Shown here one piece after another: positions 55,601-64,000 of a stretch of 64,000 bases of DNA. The DNA is taken from the NCBI GenBank assembly GCA_965199685.1, contig OZ241323.1, forward strand, positions 1,221,283 through 1,285,282, written 5' to 3'. The notes under the pieces are model-generated. The model was not told the origin of the DNA. It made no database searches and was given only the letters and a program-made list of their open reading frames with translations. Origin of the DNA: an uncultured candidatus Porisulfidus sp. Lineage in GTDB: Bacteria; Pseudomonadota; Gammaproteobacteria; Poriferisulfidales; Oxydemutatoraceae. The position numbers were made by a program, and so were the translations under genes. The first letter of the stretch is position 1. Every line of letters begins with the position of its first letter.

Positions 55601-58600
55601 TTAGCGTAAGAGGCCTTCGAGGAGTACTCTGACGTTTATGAAAATACCCGGTAGCCGATCCACTAAGTCTCTTACAACATCTCTAGATCTCTCAACGTTA
55701 TAAATGAATTGTTGCGGTGCCGACACTGCCGAAGATACAAGCCTCTGATGCCTATAGCCTTGCTTATCAGTATAACCAACCAACACGCGATAGCGGTCGC
55801 CTATAATACCTTCAACGGTATAGCTTGCGTTAGTGGCACCATCAATATCCAGCCAACTGCCGAATAACTCTTTTTGCCACTGGTAAGCTATCTGAGGGTT
55901 AGGATTTATTCCATCTGCATCCAACGATAGAGCTATATCTCTGATGGTGTATGTGAAATCATTCAGCGTAGGTGTAGGAATCGATATGATACCGTTGTTC
56001 TCTTTGACTATCGTTAACCGTGCCGTTTCACTGACAACATTTAAGCCATCGTCAACCGTTAAAACTATCTCTACATCGTCGGTGCTTTGCATTGCACTGA
56101 GTAAATCATTTGGTATGTTAAGTGCATACCTCAGATCGGCACGACCCACCACCGTGCCAGTACTTACCCCCAAATCCGGCAATAGATCTGGAATCATGGT
56201 CAGACTATAACTCAACTCGTCTCCCTCAGGATCTTCTATAATGGCATTAAACGCAAGGGTTTCACCTTCCGAGATTAAAGCAGGTGCGTTAATGCTTATC
56301 CTCGGCAAACGATTACCGTTTATCGTCAATTTATAGACAACAGGATCTTCTGTCCCCATTGAATTACTCGCTGCAACACCAATAACCGTAGATGTAGGAT
56401 CAGAAGTATTTAGCGCAATAGTATAGCCGACATTGTTTGCTGGCAAGACTTTGCCATCGGCTATGATATTCGCATCAGGATTAACCGCTATTGGGATAAT
56501 TTTCAGCTCACTGGCATCGGCATCAACCGACACCGTATAGGTCGTAACCGTAGGATCAAAATCAAGAGAGAAATGTAAATGCCCATTCTGTTCCAGCCTT
56601 AGATCTCGCAAACCAATACGCTGATGGAGTAATAATTCGCCACAATCCGGGGACGGCATAGAAGTGCCACATGTATTATCGTCGTATCTGAGTACTGGAT
56701 ATTCCTTGGAACCACCGAAATCCCAATCGCCAGTATCCCAGGTGTAATAAACATCGCCTACCATTGTTCCTGGTGCAGTCGGCATTTGCAATTCAGCCTT
56801 AGTCTTAGCGATGCCACCTCCCGGAGAGTTCATCTGTCCGCTCGTATCAGTATCCCAATAGCTATTAGTGACAGCTTGACTAGAGTGTCTTCTACCGATT
56901 AAACCACCTACATAGCGTTCATCATTGTCCCTTTGTATATCAAAGGTTACTTTCACCTCAGCAGTCGAGTAGCTATTCTTGACACTACCACCCACCCATA
57001 ATGTACCGACTAGACCTCCCACAGCTTGTCCTCTCTCACTTATACTAACCGAACCTGCTACATAGCTATTGCTAATAGGAGCTTGGTTCTCACCGACTAG
57101 ACCTCCTGCATGCTGCTTTGCTGAAACATTGGCAACCGCATAGCTATTGATAATTTCACCGCGGTTTGCGCCACAGATGCCACCTACCCATCGCATACCT
57201 GTGACAGTACCATACACATAACTATTGATAACCGACGAACCCGGCATATTCTGACCAGTTAAAAGGCCTATAACATCATTTTGCCCTACAACCTTGCCTT
57301 CAATGACATAAACATTTATTAGTTGACCTTCGTTGCGGCCGACTAAACCACCGACACTGGTGTCGCCTGTTACTTCTATTGCCGATAATCTGAGATTACG
57401 AATGGCGCCGGTATTTACGGCAAACAAGCCTACTTCATTGATGGTGCCTCTATTGATTCGTAAATTGGCAATGCTATATCCGTTGCCTTCAAAAATACTG
57501 CTGAAACAGTTGCTGGCCGAATCGCTACAATCATTGTTAGTAATAGTACCTATAGGTTGCCAACCTACCCCACTCGTCCAAGTTGCTCTGTTGGGTAGCG
57601 AACTATAGCTTGCCTCGTCTAGAAAATCCAAATTCCTAACCAATTCATAGCCTTTGCATCCATCATCAGGGCAACCTGCGGTAATTTTGCTCGCTGTGGA
57701 ACTTGCACGGTAACCGCTGCCGTCCGGTTGATAACGAATCGCATGGAGATCTTCGAGGGTTTCAATTTCTATTAAGCCGTCACCGTCTCTGTCTCTATGC
57801 GTAGCGATGTCTGTAAACATTGGTGCATCGTAGTCAATGTTTGTATCATAGCCTTGTCCATCGGTATAGCTTATAGAAAGCTTGTGTTGTGCGTTGCGAA
57901 CATCTTCGGGAGGCGTGTAGCTCTTTTGGTTTGCACCGGGTATCTCAAAAAATATAGCGTTTTGTCTCCTTGACCACTGATAGTTAATATCGGTCAAAAC
58001 TCCTCCGTCTATATCATCCAAATCGCCTAACGAAAGCGTCTCGCTAGTTATCCATTTCACCGCCCCCCCGAAGTTTCCATTGTTGACTTTCCTCACCAAT
58101 AACGGCACTTCCCTGCTTACCACAGATGCCGGGTTATTGCGCTCACTCAGTTCCAGTTTTAGAACGACTATGCTATCGTTCTCGTCTCTAGCAATAAAAT
58201 CAGTAGGTATCGTAAACTCTAAGATAGATGCATTTTGTATCCCCGACAGCAAAGGTTTCCCTGATACTTGACTCCATCGGTAATCCAGTTGCGAACTATT
58301 CTGCCCGAAACTCGTCGAAGCATCCAAGCGAACAACATCTCCTTCGTCAAAGCTTAGGATATTCGCTCTAATTACTTCGCTAGGAGTGCTACCACTGACT
58401 ACTTTGGATATTTGAGGCTGAGGCTGATATTCTAGGTGTACTTGTATTTGGTAGCTCGCCTCCCTCTCATTTCCGCTTGCGGTCTTAATCTCAAGGTTGA
58501 ATGAGTCATTCGTACTAATCTGCACACTGCCATCCGATTGTTTGACTAAGGGTGTGCCACCGTCTTTACGAATCGTTATTTCGGCACCTGCGTCAGCATC

Positions 58601-61600
58601 AGTAGCAAGTTTTATAACTACTGGTAATACTTCGGGTTCAATCACTGCTTGGTAATTAAATCTACTCGGTAGAAAGCTTGGGGTCAACTGCACATTTCTT
58701 GAATTGGCGGATAAGCTAAGGTTATTCAATAAAAGTGCATCGGCAATCTGACCGTTCAATAGCGCATTACAACTTGGCAATTCGGTCTCGGCATCGTTGT
58801 CGCAACCCGGGTTTTCGGTATCCGATCCGATGCCGTATTTGAGTGTTGGATATTGCTGATTTGTGCCGAAATTCCAATCAGCAGTATTCCATCTGCTGAA
58901 GATCGGACAATTGTAACTGCCATTGGCAAGATTTACACACGATACGATAGCACTTGGTCTGGTGGTAGATCTGAGAGAATTCTCAGGCCTTGCTTCCAGA
59001 AGGGTTATAGTATTAGCCCTTCGTGAATAACAATACATACCTGAAGGATTGCCGGTCTCATAACTACAATTAGCATCAAAGTTCCAGTAACTATTTTTCG
59101 GGTTTGCAGTAGAAGTATCACCGGTAGGGGATACTTGGCCAACCAAGCCACCGGAGCGTGCGCCGCCACCGGAAACTGCACCTAGCGCATAACTATTTTC
59201 AATTGTTGAGCTATCGTTGTTAGCGATTAAACCACCAACCCATTTGTTGTCTGAGTTAGAGCATGTTCCGAACCCTGTCACCACATTACCTCTTGCATAA
59301 CTGTTTTTGATTTCGCTATTGCTAGCTTGATTCCCCACCAAACCTCCGACTTGGCAAGGTCCTTTCACTTCACCAGTTGCATAGCTGTTATGGACTTTAC
59401 CCGAGAAGTTCCTGCCGACTAAACCACCTACTATTGCTCGCTTATTCCTTGCTAGAAGTGTGTTGGAGTCATCAGCAATCACATTGATCTCCGCATAACT
59501 ATTGAGTATATCGCCTAAGTTATGGCCGACCAAACCTCCTATAAATCCAACTCCAACATCGCCACTTATTATTTTATCAGTATTCCCAGCTACGACATCG
59601 CCGACTACATAGCTATTCAAAATTACACTTTTACTATCTATTTGACCGGCAATACCTCCTACATTTTTATTCCCAGTCAGACCTTTGATCGCCGCATCCA
59701 AAAGACCCAAGTTCTCAATTCTGCCGGCTGCGCCTATTTGGGAAAACAAACCTATATTTTTTGTATTGCCGACACTACGGTTTATTTGCATATTGGATAT
59801 CGTATAACCGTTGCCATTAAATACGGCATTAAATGTTCCACCTATAGGCTGCCAACTAACATCGCTAGCATCGGTGAAATCGCTGGTGAGTTCGCTCACC
59901 GTCCAACTATTCTTCAGTACAGAACGTGCGGCTTGATCCGATGTACGATAACTGGCATCATCGGTGAAATCCAAGTCGTTCATCAATTCATAGCCTCGGC
60001 ATTCCTCTACATTATTGACCACCGGACAACCTGCAGTTACTTTGTCCGCACTTGCGGTTGCTTTATAGCCGCTGCCGTCTAACTGATGACGTATTGCGTT
60101 CAATTCCTCCAAATAACGAATCTCTATCAAGCCGTCACCGTCTTCGTCTATGTCTAAATAGTTTATGACCTCTGTTTCAAATTGTTGGCGATAATCTTGG
60201 TTGTCCTCGTAAGTAGCAAGGGCGCGATATTGATAAGCTCCTTCGTTAGGAAGGGTATACGGAGACCCGCTCCCAACATTGACCCAATCTTCTGTAGCGT
60301 TGCGACGACGCTGCCATTGTATATGGGTTTGAGCAAAGCCTCCGTCGCGGTCCACAAACTGGCTACCGTCCTCTCTTTCAATTAGGATGATATAAGTGTA
60401 TAGTGTTTTATGTCTGATTAAGCGAATACGATCGGCAGTGTCGTTGTTGCGTTTGAAAACTATTATCGGTACCGCTTTGCTTAAATACATGTCTTCGTTC
60501 ACAGCGACTTCCAGGATTAACTGCACAGTGCGGCTATCGTCTTGCTTAGATACGACATCAATAGGTGCGGTAAAATCCAACATGTTACTTTGTGTGTCAA
60601 CCGGCGATAGTAAATCGTTGAATCTCAGCACATCGCCTTCCGATTGCCGCCATCTATAGCGATAAGAATTTTCATTCAAACCGAAATTATACAAAGTGAT
60701 TAAACGAATACGCTCACCCTCGGCTACCGTTAATGGCAACGATGTGGTTGTTGTAGTCGTTTCCGTCGCTTGCTTAATTTTCGATGTAGCGTAGCGGATG
60801 GAAAAGTTATACGCTAATACTCTGTCATCAGGTGTACGGGTACTAATAGTGATTTCCGGCGTATAGCTACCATCCAATATAAACGATGCCGGAATACCCG
60901 ACGAACATACTAAACCATCGCTACAAGCAACATCAATCGTCGTACCCACTTGGGTTGATGTGGTATCAATTTGTACCTCCGTCATCTGCTCCGATGCGGC
61001 TATGATATTGTAGTCAAAAATCAGCGGATGAAAAGACGGGAATAAGCGAACATTGTTTGATAGAGTCAAACTTTGCAACAGACTCTTCCCTGTGGGAGCA
61101 AGTAGCGGTACATTGGCAATCGCTTTCAGTGCCGGGTAGCGATTCGCATCTGCAAACTCCCATACATTGGTATCCCAATTTCTATAAATACTGTTTGGCG
61201 GTTCAGTTGGCGTAGATGTTTGGAGTATTATCGTGGTCTCAGAAGTGCCACCGGCACTCGATGCGACACCACTCGCCTCAATATCCCAATAACTATCATC
61301 AACCGTTGCGTCGTTTTGAGCTACCAAGCCACCCGCTTCAGACATCGCTCCAATGGCTATCGCCTTGCTCACCGCATAGCTATTGATGATTTCGCTAGAT
61401 CCTTGGTTGGAAGCAACCAAACCACCAACACTGTCCTGACCAATTACTGATCCTATCGCATAGCTATTTTCAATGCGAGCACGATTATCGTTTAGAGCAA
61501 CTAAACCACCTACCAATGACGTTGTCAATCTATTTACCAGATTGCATCTGACTTGAGTTTCCGAGTATGACTCGGTGATGGAACCGCCAACATTCCTGCC

Positions 61601-64000
61601 GACTAAACCGCCTACGATTGCCGATCCATTTCTGCCTCTTGCTGCCACAGAGCCAGTGACATAGCTCTTGCTAATATCGCCTGCTTGGTTATAGCCGACC
61701 AAACCGCCTACATGCGTACCTCCGACTATATCTACATTGCTTAAACCAAGCCTTTCTATTGCAACATCAGTTTCTCTACCGTCTATCATGCCGAATAAAC
61801 CACCATCACTGTCTGGTCTATTCACCCTTAAATTAGAAATCGTATAGCCGTTGCCTTGGAATGTTGCCACAAACGGATGCCTTTGTGTCCCTACCGGCTG
61901 CCAGCCTGCCCCAGTAGTCCATGCGCTATTCACGCGCCCCGTTCGGTAATGTGCCGGATTGTCAAAGTCCAAATCGCGCAACAATTCATATCCTTTGCAT
62001 CCGGTTATTGGGCAACCTTTAGCATTTTCTATCGCTACATCGTCATTGTTTTGATGTCTCAGGTGGCTACCGTCCAAAGCGTTGCGCATCGCATCTAAGT
62101 CGTCCAGTGTTAGAATCTCTATCAATCCATCTCTGTCGGTATCAACATCTCTCTTAGCACCGGAGGAAAAATAATCTACCTCAAAGCGATATTGGACACG
62201 CCGATCATCCGTAACCTCTATGGTAATCACGGTCGTATCAGTGGAATGTAGCATAATTGCCGAACTGGTGGTGCCGCTCTGGACCGTCTTGTCAAAGCCG
62301 TTATCGCTTGCAATTCGAATGGTTGCACTCTCGTCCAGTGCATTCGGTACCAAACGTAGATGTTTTATGTTGGCATCCAACTCTACGCCGATGCGATAAT
62401 ACAATTTAGTCGTATTGAAGTCCGGAGATAGTGTTACTACCTCTGCGATTGATAAACTTTCCAAACCATAAGACTGCAACTGGGAAATACCTCCTTGCAT
62501 TGTACTACCGGTATATTTAAGAATCGGATATTGATATACATTGCCGAAATGCCAGTCGCTATGGTTCCATTTGTAATATACTTTGCTGGCATCCAACGAT
62601 TGACTGTTGCCCGATTGCAGTTCTAAGGTTGTCTTGCCGATACCACCGGCCGATCCTTGTATGTTGCCTCGTATGTTGCTCATCTCAATATCCCAATAGC
62701 TATTCACCTCAATACCACTGATGCTGTTGCCGATCAGACCACCGCTAGTCACCGTATACGGGACACATTCAGGCACACCCGTACACACTATATCTGCGGT
62801 CGCATAACTGCTGATAACCGAACCTCTGTTCTCACCGACCAAACCACCAATGCGCGCGTTGCCTTCAACAATACCGGTTGCATAAGTGTTTGTAATAGAA
62901 CCAAGGTTAAGACCAATTAAACCGCCGATGCTGTTGTCGCCCAGTACACGGTTCAAGCTATAGCTATTTGCAATCATCCCTCCGCTTTCGTTGCGAGCCA
63001 CCAAACCACCGACTGAGCGTTTGCCCGATACCACACCATAAGCATAACTATTAGAAATGCCACTAACATTATATGCAACCAAACCGCCGACATCACGTTC
63101 TCCGATCACCGTACCATTTGCATAGCTGTTGTCTATCTCTCCAGCATTATAGGCAACTAGAGTCCCGACACCACTGTTACCCATCACCTCTACATTCGCC
63201 AAATCGACATTTATGACTTGCGCACCGTCAGCTAATGCCGCAAACAAGCCGACATTGTCGGTATCGCTGCTATCAATGCGCAGATTGGCAATGGTATGAT
63301 TGTTGCCGTTGAATATTCCGCTAAAGCATCTATTGCTCGGATGGCTACATTCATCGGCATCGCCGTTCAATTCAATATATCCTATCGGTTGCCAGTTGGC
63401 AAAACGAACATCGTCAGCAAGATCTAGATCTTGCATCAATTCATAGCCTATGCAACCAGTCTCAGGACACCCTTGGGTGATTATGATATCGTTGAGACTC
63501 GCTCTATAACCGCTACCGTCTAGTTGATAACGTATTGCATTCAAATCGTCTAAACTACGAATCTCTATCAAACCGTCATCGTCTTCGTCTATATCGTTGA
63601 CGGTAATAAGAGGATGTCTGCTTACCTCAAATTGATAGAGTGTCGTTCTCGTAGTCATAGATGTCAGAGGTTCCTCCACTGTCAGCGGCAACAAAGAATT
63701 ATTGAGATCGTCTATTATTAGGGTAAGGGTATTACCGCTTTGTAATTTTCTCGTTCCGTTTTTATCGCTGATCAAGATCACCGCCTGCGGGTTAAACGTA
63801 TGCGGAATAATACTAAACTCACGCGTGTTACTCTTTAATATCAACTCGTAATTATATATTCTGGAATTAAAGTCGGGGATTAGCTGAAAAACCTGACCGG
63901 CACTATTGGAAAGTGCCAGACTTCTTAAACCAACGAGACGTTGCCCTGGCAACAAAGTACCACATACTGGTATTTCGCTATCTATGCCCCCGACTGCTTG
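55601..64000 (-). CDS. Giant secreted GLUG-motif repeat protein, paralog C (C-terminal 2,800 codons; start lies right of the window)
   Basis: Stop TAA at 55601-55603. The frame remains open beyond the ORF-track start (63955 is TTG within ...EIPVCGTLLPGQRL, homologous to the interior of B) up to base 64000. Collinear with B residues ~3100-5897. Module starts near 63.58, 62.13, 60.14 and 57.78 kb. Confidence 0.85.
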   Translation of the reverse strand, partial: QAVGGIDSEIPVCGTLLPGQRLVGLRSLALSNSAGQVFQLIPDFNSRIYNYELILKSNTREFSIIPHTFNPQAVILISDKNGTRKLQSGNTLTLIIDDLNNSLLPLTVEEPLTSMTTRTTLYQFEVSRHPLITVNDIDEDDDGLIEIRSLDDLNAIRYQLDGSGYRASLNDIIITQGCPETGCIGYELMQDLDLADDVRFANWQPIGYIELNGDADECSHPSNRCFSGIFNGNNHTIANLRIDSSDTDNVGLFAALADGAQVINVDLANVEVMGNSGVGTLVAYNAGEIDNSYANGTVIGERDVGGLVAYNVSGISNSYAYGVVSGKRSVGGLVARNESGGMIANSYSLNRVLGDNSIGGLIGLNLGSITNTYATGIVEGNARIGGLVGENRGSVISSYATADIVCTGVPECVPYTVTSGGLIGNSISGIEVNSYWDIEMSNIRGNIQGSAGGIGKTTLELQSGNSQSLDASKVYYKWNHSDWHFGNVYQYPILKYTGSTMQGGISQLQSYGLESLSIAEVVTLSPDFNTTKLYYRIGVELDANIKHLRLVPNALDESATIRIASDNGFDKTVQSGTTSSAIMLHSTDTTVITIEVTDDRRVQYRFEVDYFSSGAKRDVDTDRDGLIEILTLDDLDAMRNALDGSHLRHQNNDDVAIENAKGCPITGCKGYELLRDLDFDNPAHYRTGRVNSAWTTGAGWQPVGTQRHPFVATFQGNGYTISNLRVNRPDSDGGLFGMIDGRETDVAIERLGLSNVDIVGGTHVGGLVGYNQAGDISKSYVTGSVAARGRNGSAIVGGLVGRNVGGSITESYSETQVRCNLVNRLTTSLVGGLVALNDNRARIENSYAIGSVIGQDSVGGLVASNQGSSEIINSYAVSKAIAIGAMSEAGGLVAQNDATVDDSYWDIEASGVASSAGGTSETTIILQTSTPTEPPNSIYRNWDTNVWEFADANRYPALKAIANVPLLAPTGKSLLQSLTLSNNVRLFPSFHPLIFDYNIIAASEQMTEVQIDTTSTQVGTTIDVACSDGLVCSSGIPASFILDGSYTPEITISTRTPDDRVLAYNFSIRYATSKIKQATETTTTTTSLPLTVAEGERIRLITLYNFGLNENSYRYRWRQSEGDVLRFNDLLSPVDTQSNMLDFTAPIDVVSKQDDSRTVQLILEVAVNEDMYLSKAVPIIVFKRNNDTADRIRLIRHKTLYTYIILIEREDGSQFVDRDGGFAQTHIQWQRRRNATEDWVNVGSGSPYTLPNEGAYQYRALATYEDNQDYRQQFETEVINYLDIDEDGDGLIEIRYLEELNAIRHQLDGSGYKATASADKVTAGCPVVNNVEECRGYELMNDLDFTDDASYRTSDQAARSVLKNSWTVSELTSDFTDASDVSWQPIGGTFNAVFNGNGYTISNMQINRSVGNTKNIGLFSQIGAAGRIENLGLLDAAIKGLTGNKNVGGIAGQIDSKSVILNSYVVGDVVAGNTDKIISGDVGVGFIGGLVGHNLGDILNSYAEINVIADDSNTLLARNKRAIVGGLVGRNFSGKVHNSYATGEVKGPCQVGGLVGNQASNSEIKNSYARGNVVTGFGTCSNSDNKWVGGLIANNDSSTIENSYALGAVSGGGARSGGLVGQVSPTGDTSTANPKNSYWNFDANCSYETGNPSGMYCYSRRANTITLLEARPENSLRSTTRPSAIVSCVNLANGSYNCPIFSRWNTADWNFGTNQQYPTLKYGIGSDTENPGCDNDAETELPSCNALLNGQIADALLLNNLSLSANSRNVQLTPSFLPSRFNYQAVIEPEVLPVVIKLATDADAGAEITIRKDGGTPLVKQSDGSVQISTNDSFNLEIKTASGNEREASYQIQVHLEYQPQPQISKVVSGSTPSEVIRANILSFDEGDVVRLDASTSFGQNSSQLDYRWSQVSGKPLLSGIQNASILEFTIPTDFIARDENDSIVVLKLELSERNNPASVVSREVPLLVRKVNNGNFGGAVKWITSETLSLGDLDDIDGGVLTDINYQWSRRQNAIFFEIPGANQKSYTPPEDVRNAQHKLSISYTDGQGYDTNIDYDAPMFTDIATHRDRDGDGLIEIETLEDLHAIRYQPDGSGYRASSTASKITAGCPDDGCKGYELVRNLDFLDEASYSSLPNRATWTSGVGWQPIGTITNNDCSDSASNCFSSIFEGNGYSIANLRINRGTINEVGLFAVNTGAIRNLRLSAIEVTGDTSVGGLVGRNEGQLINVYVIEGKVVGQNDVIGLLTGQNMPGSSVINSYVYGTVTGMRWVGGICGANRGEIINSYAVANVSAKQHAGGLVGENQAPISNSYVAGSVSISERGQAVGGLVGTLWVGGSVKNSYSTAEVKVTFDIQRDNDERYVGGLIGRRHSSQAVTNSYWDTDTSGQMNSPGGGIAKTKAELQMPTAPGTMVGDVYYTWDTGDWDFGGSKEYPVLRYDDNTCGTSMPSPDCGELLLHQRIGLRDLRLEQNGHLHFSLDFDPTVTTYTVSVDADASELKIIPIAVNPDANIIADGKVLPANNVGYTIALNTSDPTSTVIGVAASNSMGTEDPVVYKLTINGNRLPRISINAPALISEGETLAFNAIIEDPEGDELSYSLTMIPDLLPDLGVSTGTVVGRADLRYALNIPNDLLSAMQSTDDVEIVLTVDDGLNVVSETARLTIVKENNGIISIPTPTLNDFTYTIRDIALSLDADGINPNPQIAYQWQKELFGSWLDIDGATNASYTVEGIIGDRYRVLVGYTDKQGYRHQRLVSSAVSAPQQFIYNVERSRDVVRDLVDRLPGIFINVRVLLEGLLR

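Overview
Bacterial chromosomal DNA. The host cannot be identified from the window; it is moderately AT-rich and the intergenic DNA is full of nested hairpin repeats. About 40 of the 64 kb encode three collinear minus-strand paralogs of a giant secreted repeat protein. A = 1-14195 is the 5' part; it has no in-window stop, so it is absent from the ORF track. B = 36998-54691 is complete (5,897 aa). C = 55601-64000 is the 3' part; the ORF-track start at 63955 is an internal TTG. Each protein is a chain of modules of roughly 470-790 aa. A module contains DxDxDG-LIEI + LEDLDAIRYQLDGSGY, a Cys pair, GNG(H/Y)TIxNL, runs of GLUG-type VGGLVGxNxGxIxNSYA repeats, SYWDxxTSG, WDFG..QYPxLKY, then cadherin-like/Ig-like units. 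Between A and B lies a ~22-kb visibly AT-rich accessory island (14.7-36.0 kb) that reads as a defence island. Its intact genes are: a TPR-DUF2971 protein; a 2-TM protein + ImmA/IrrE metalloprotease; an ABC-type ATPase + small ORF + DUF4209/HEPN-like protein; a DUF2513-like protein; a 1,666-aa Type ISP-like nuclease-helicase-methyltransferase; a TIGR02391(Ymh)/HEPN-like protein; an OLD-like ATPase-Toprim protein; and a GIY-YIG protein. Its decayed genes are: a MITE-disrupted Gp37/Gp68 gene; a frameshifted Rpn-family PD-(D/E)XK gene plus two C-terminal remnants; and a Type II R-M pair inactivated by an 11-bp tandem duplication and an A7 frameshift. Two repeat families build the intergenic DNA. 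One is a ~140-bp hairpin unit with two stem variants, found in tandem arrays with 139-141 bp period. The other is a 141-150 bp MITE with perfect 15-bp TIRs and 4-bp target duplications that repeatedly sits inside the hairpin unit. I saw no rRNA, tRNA, CRISPR array, integrase or intact transposase. The most novel-looking candidates are the two ATPase + HEPN-like gene pairs flanking the Type ISP-like enzyme, and a ~120-bp conserved element present in inverted orientation at both ends of that block. All family names come from motif recognition by eye; no database search was run.
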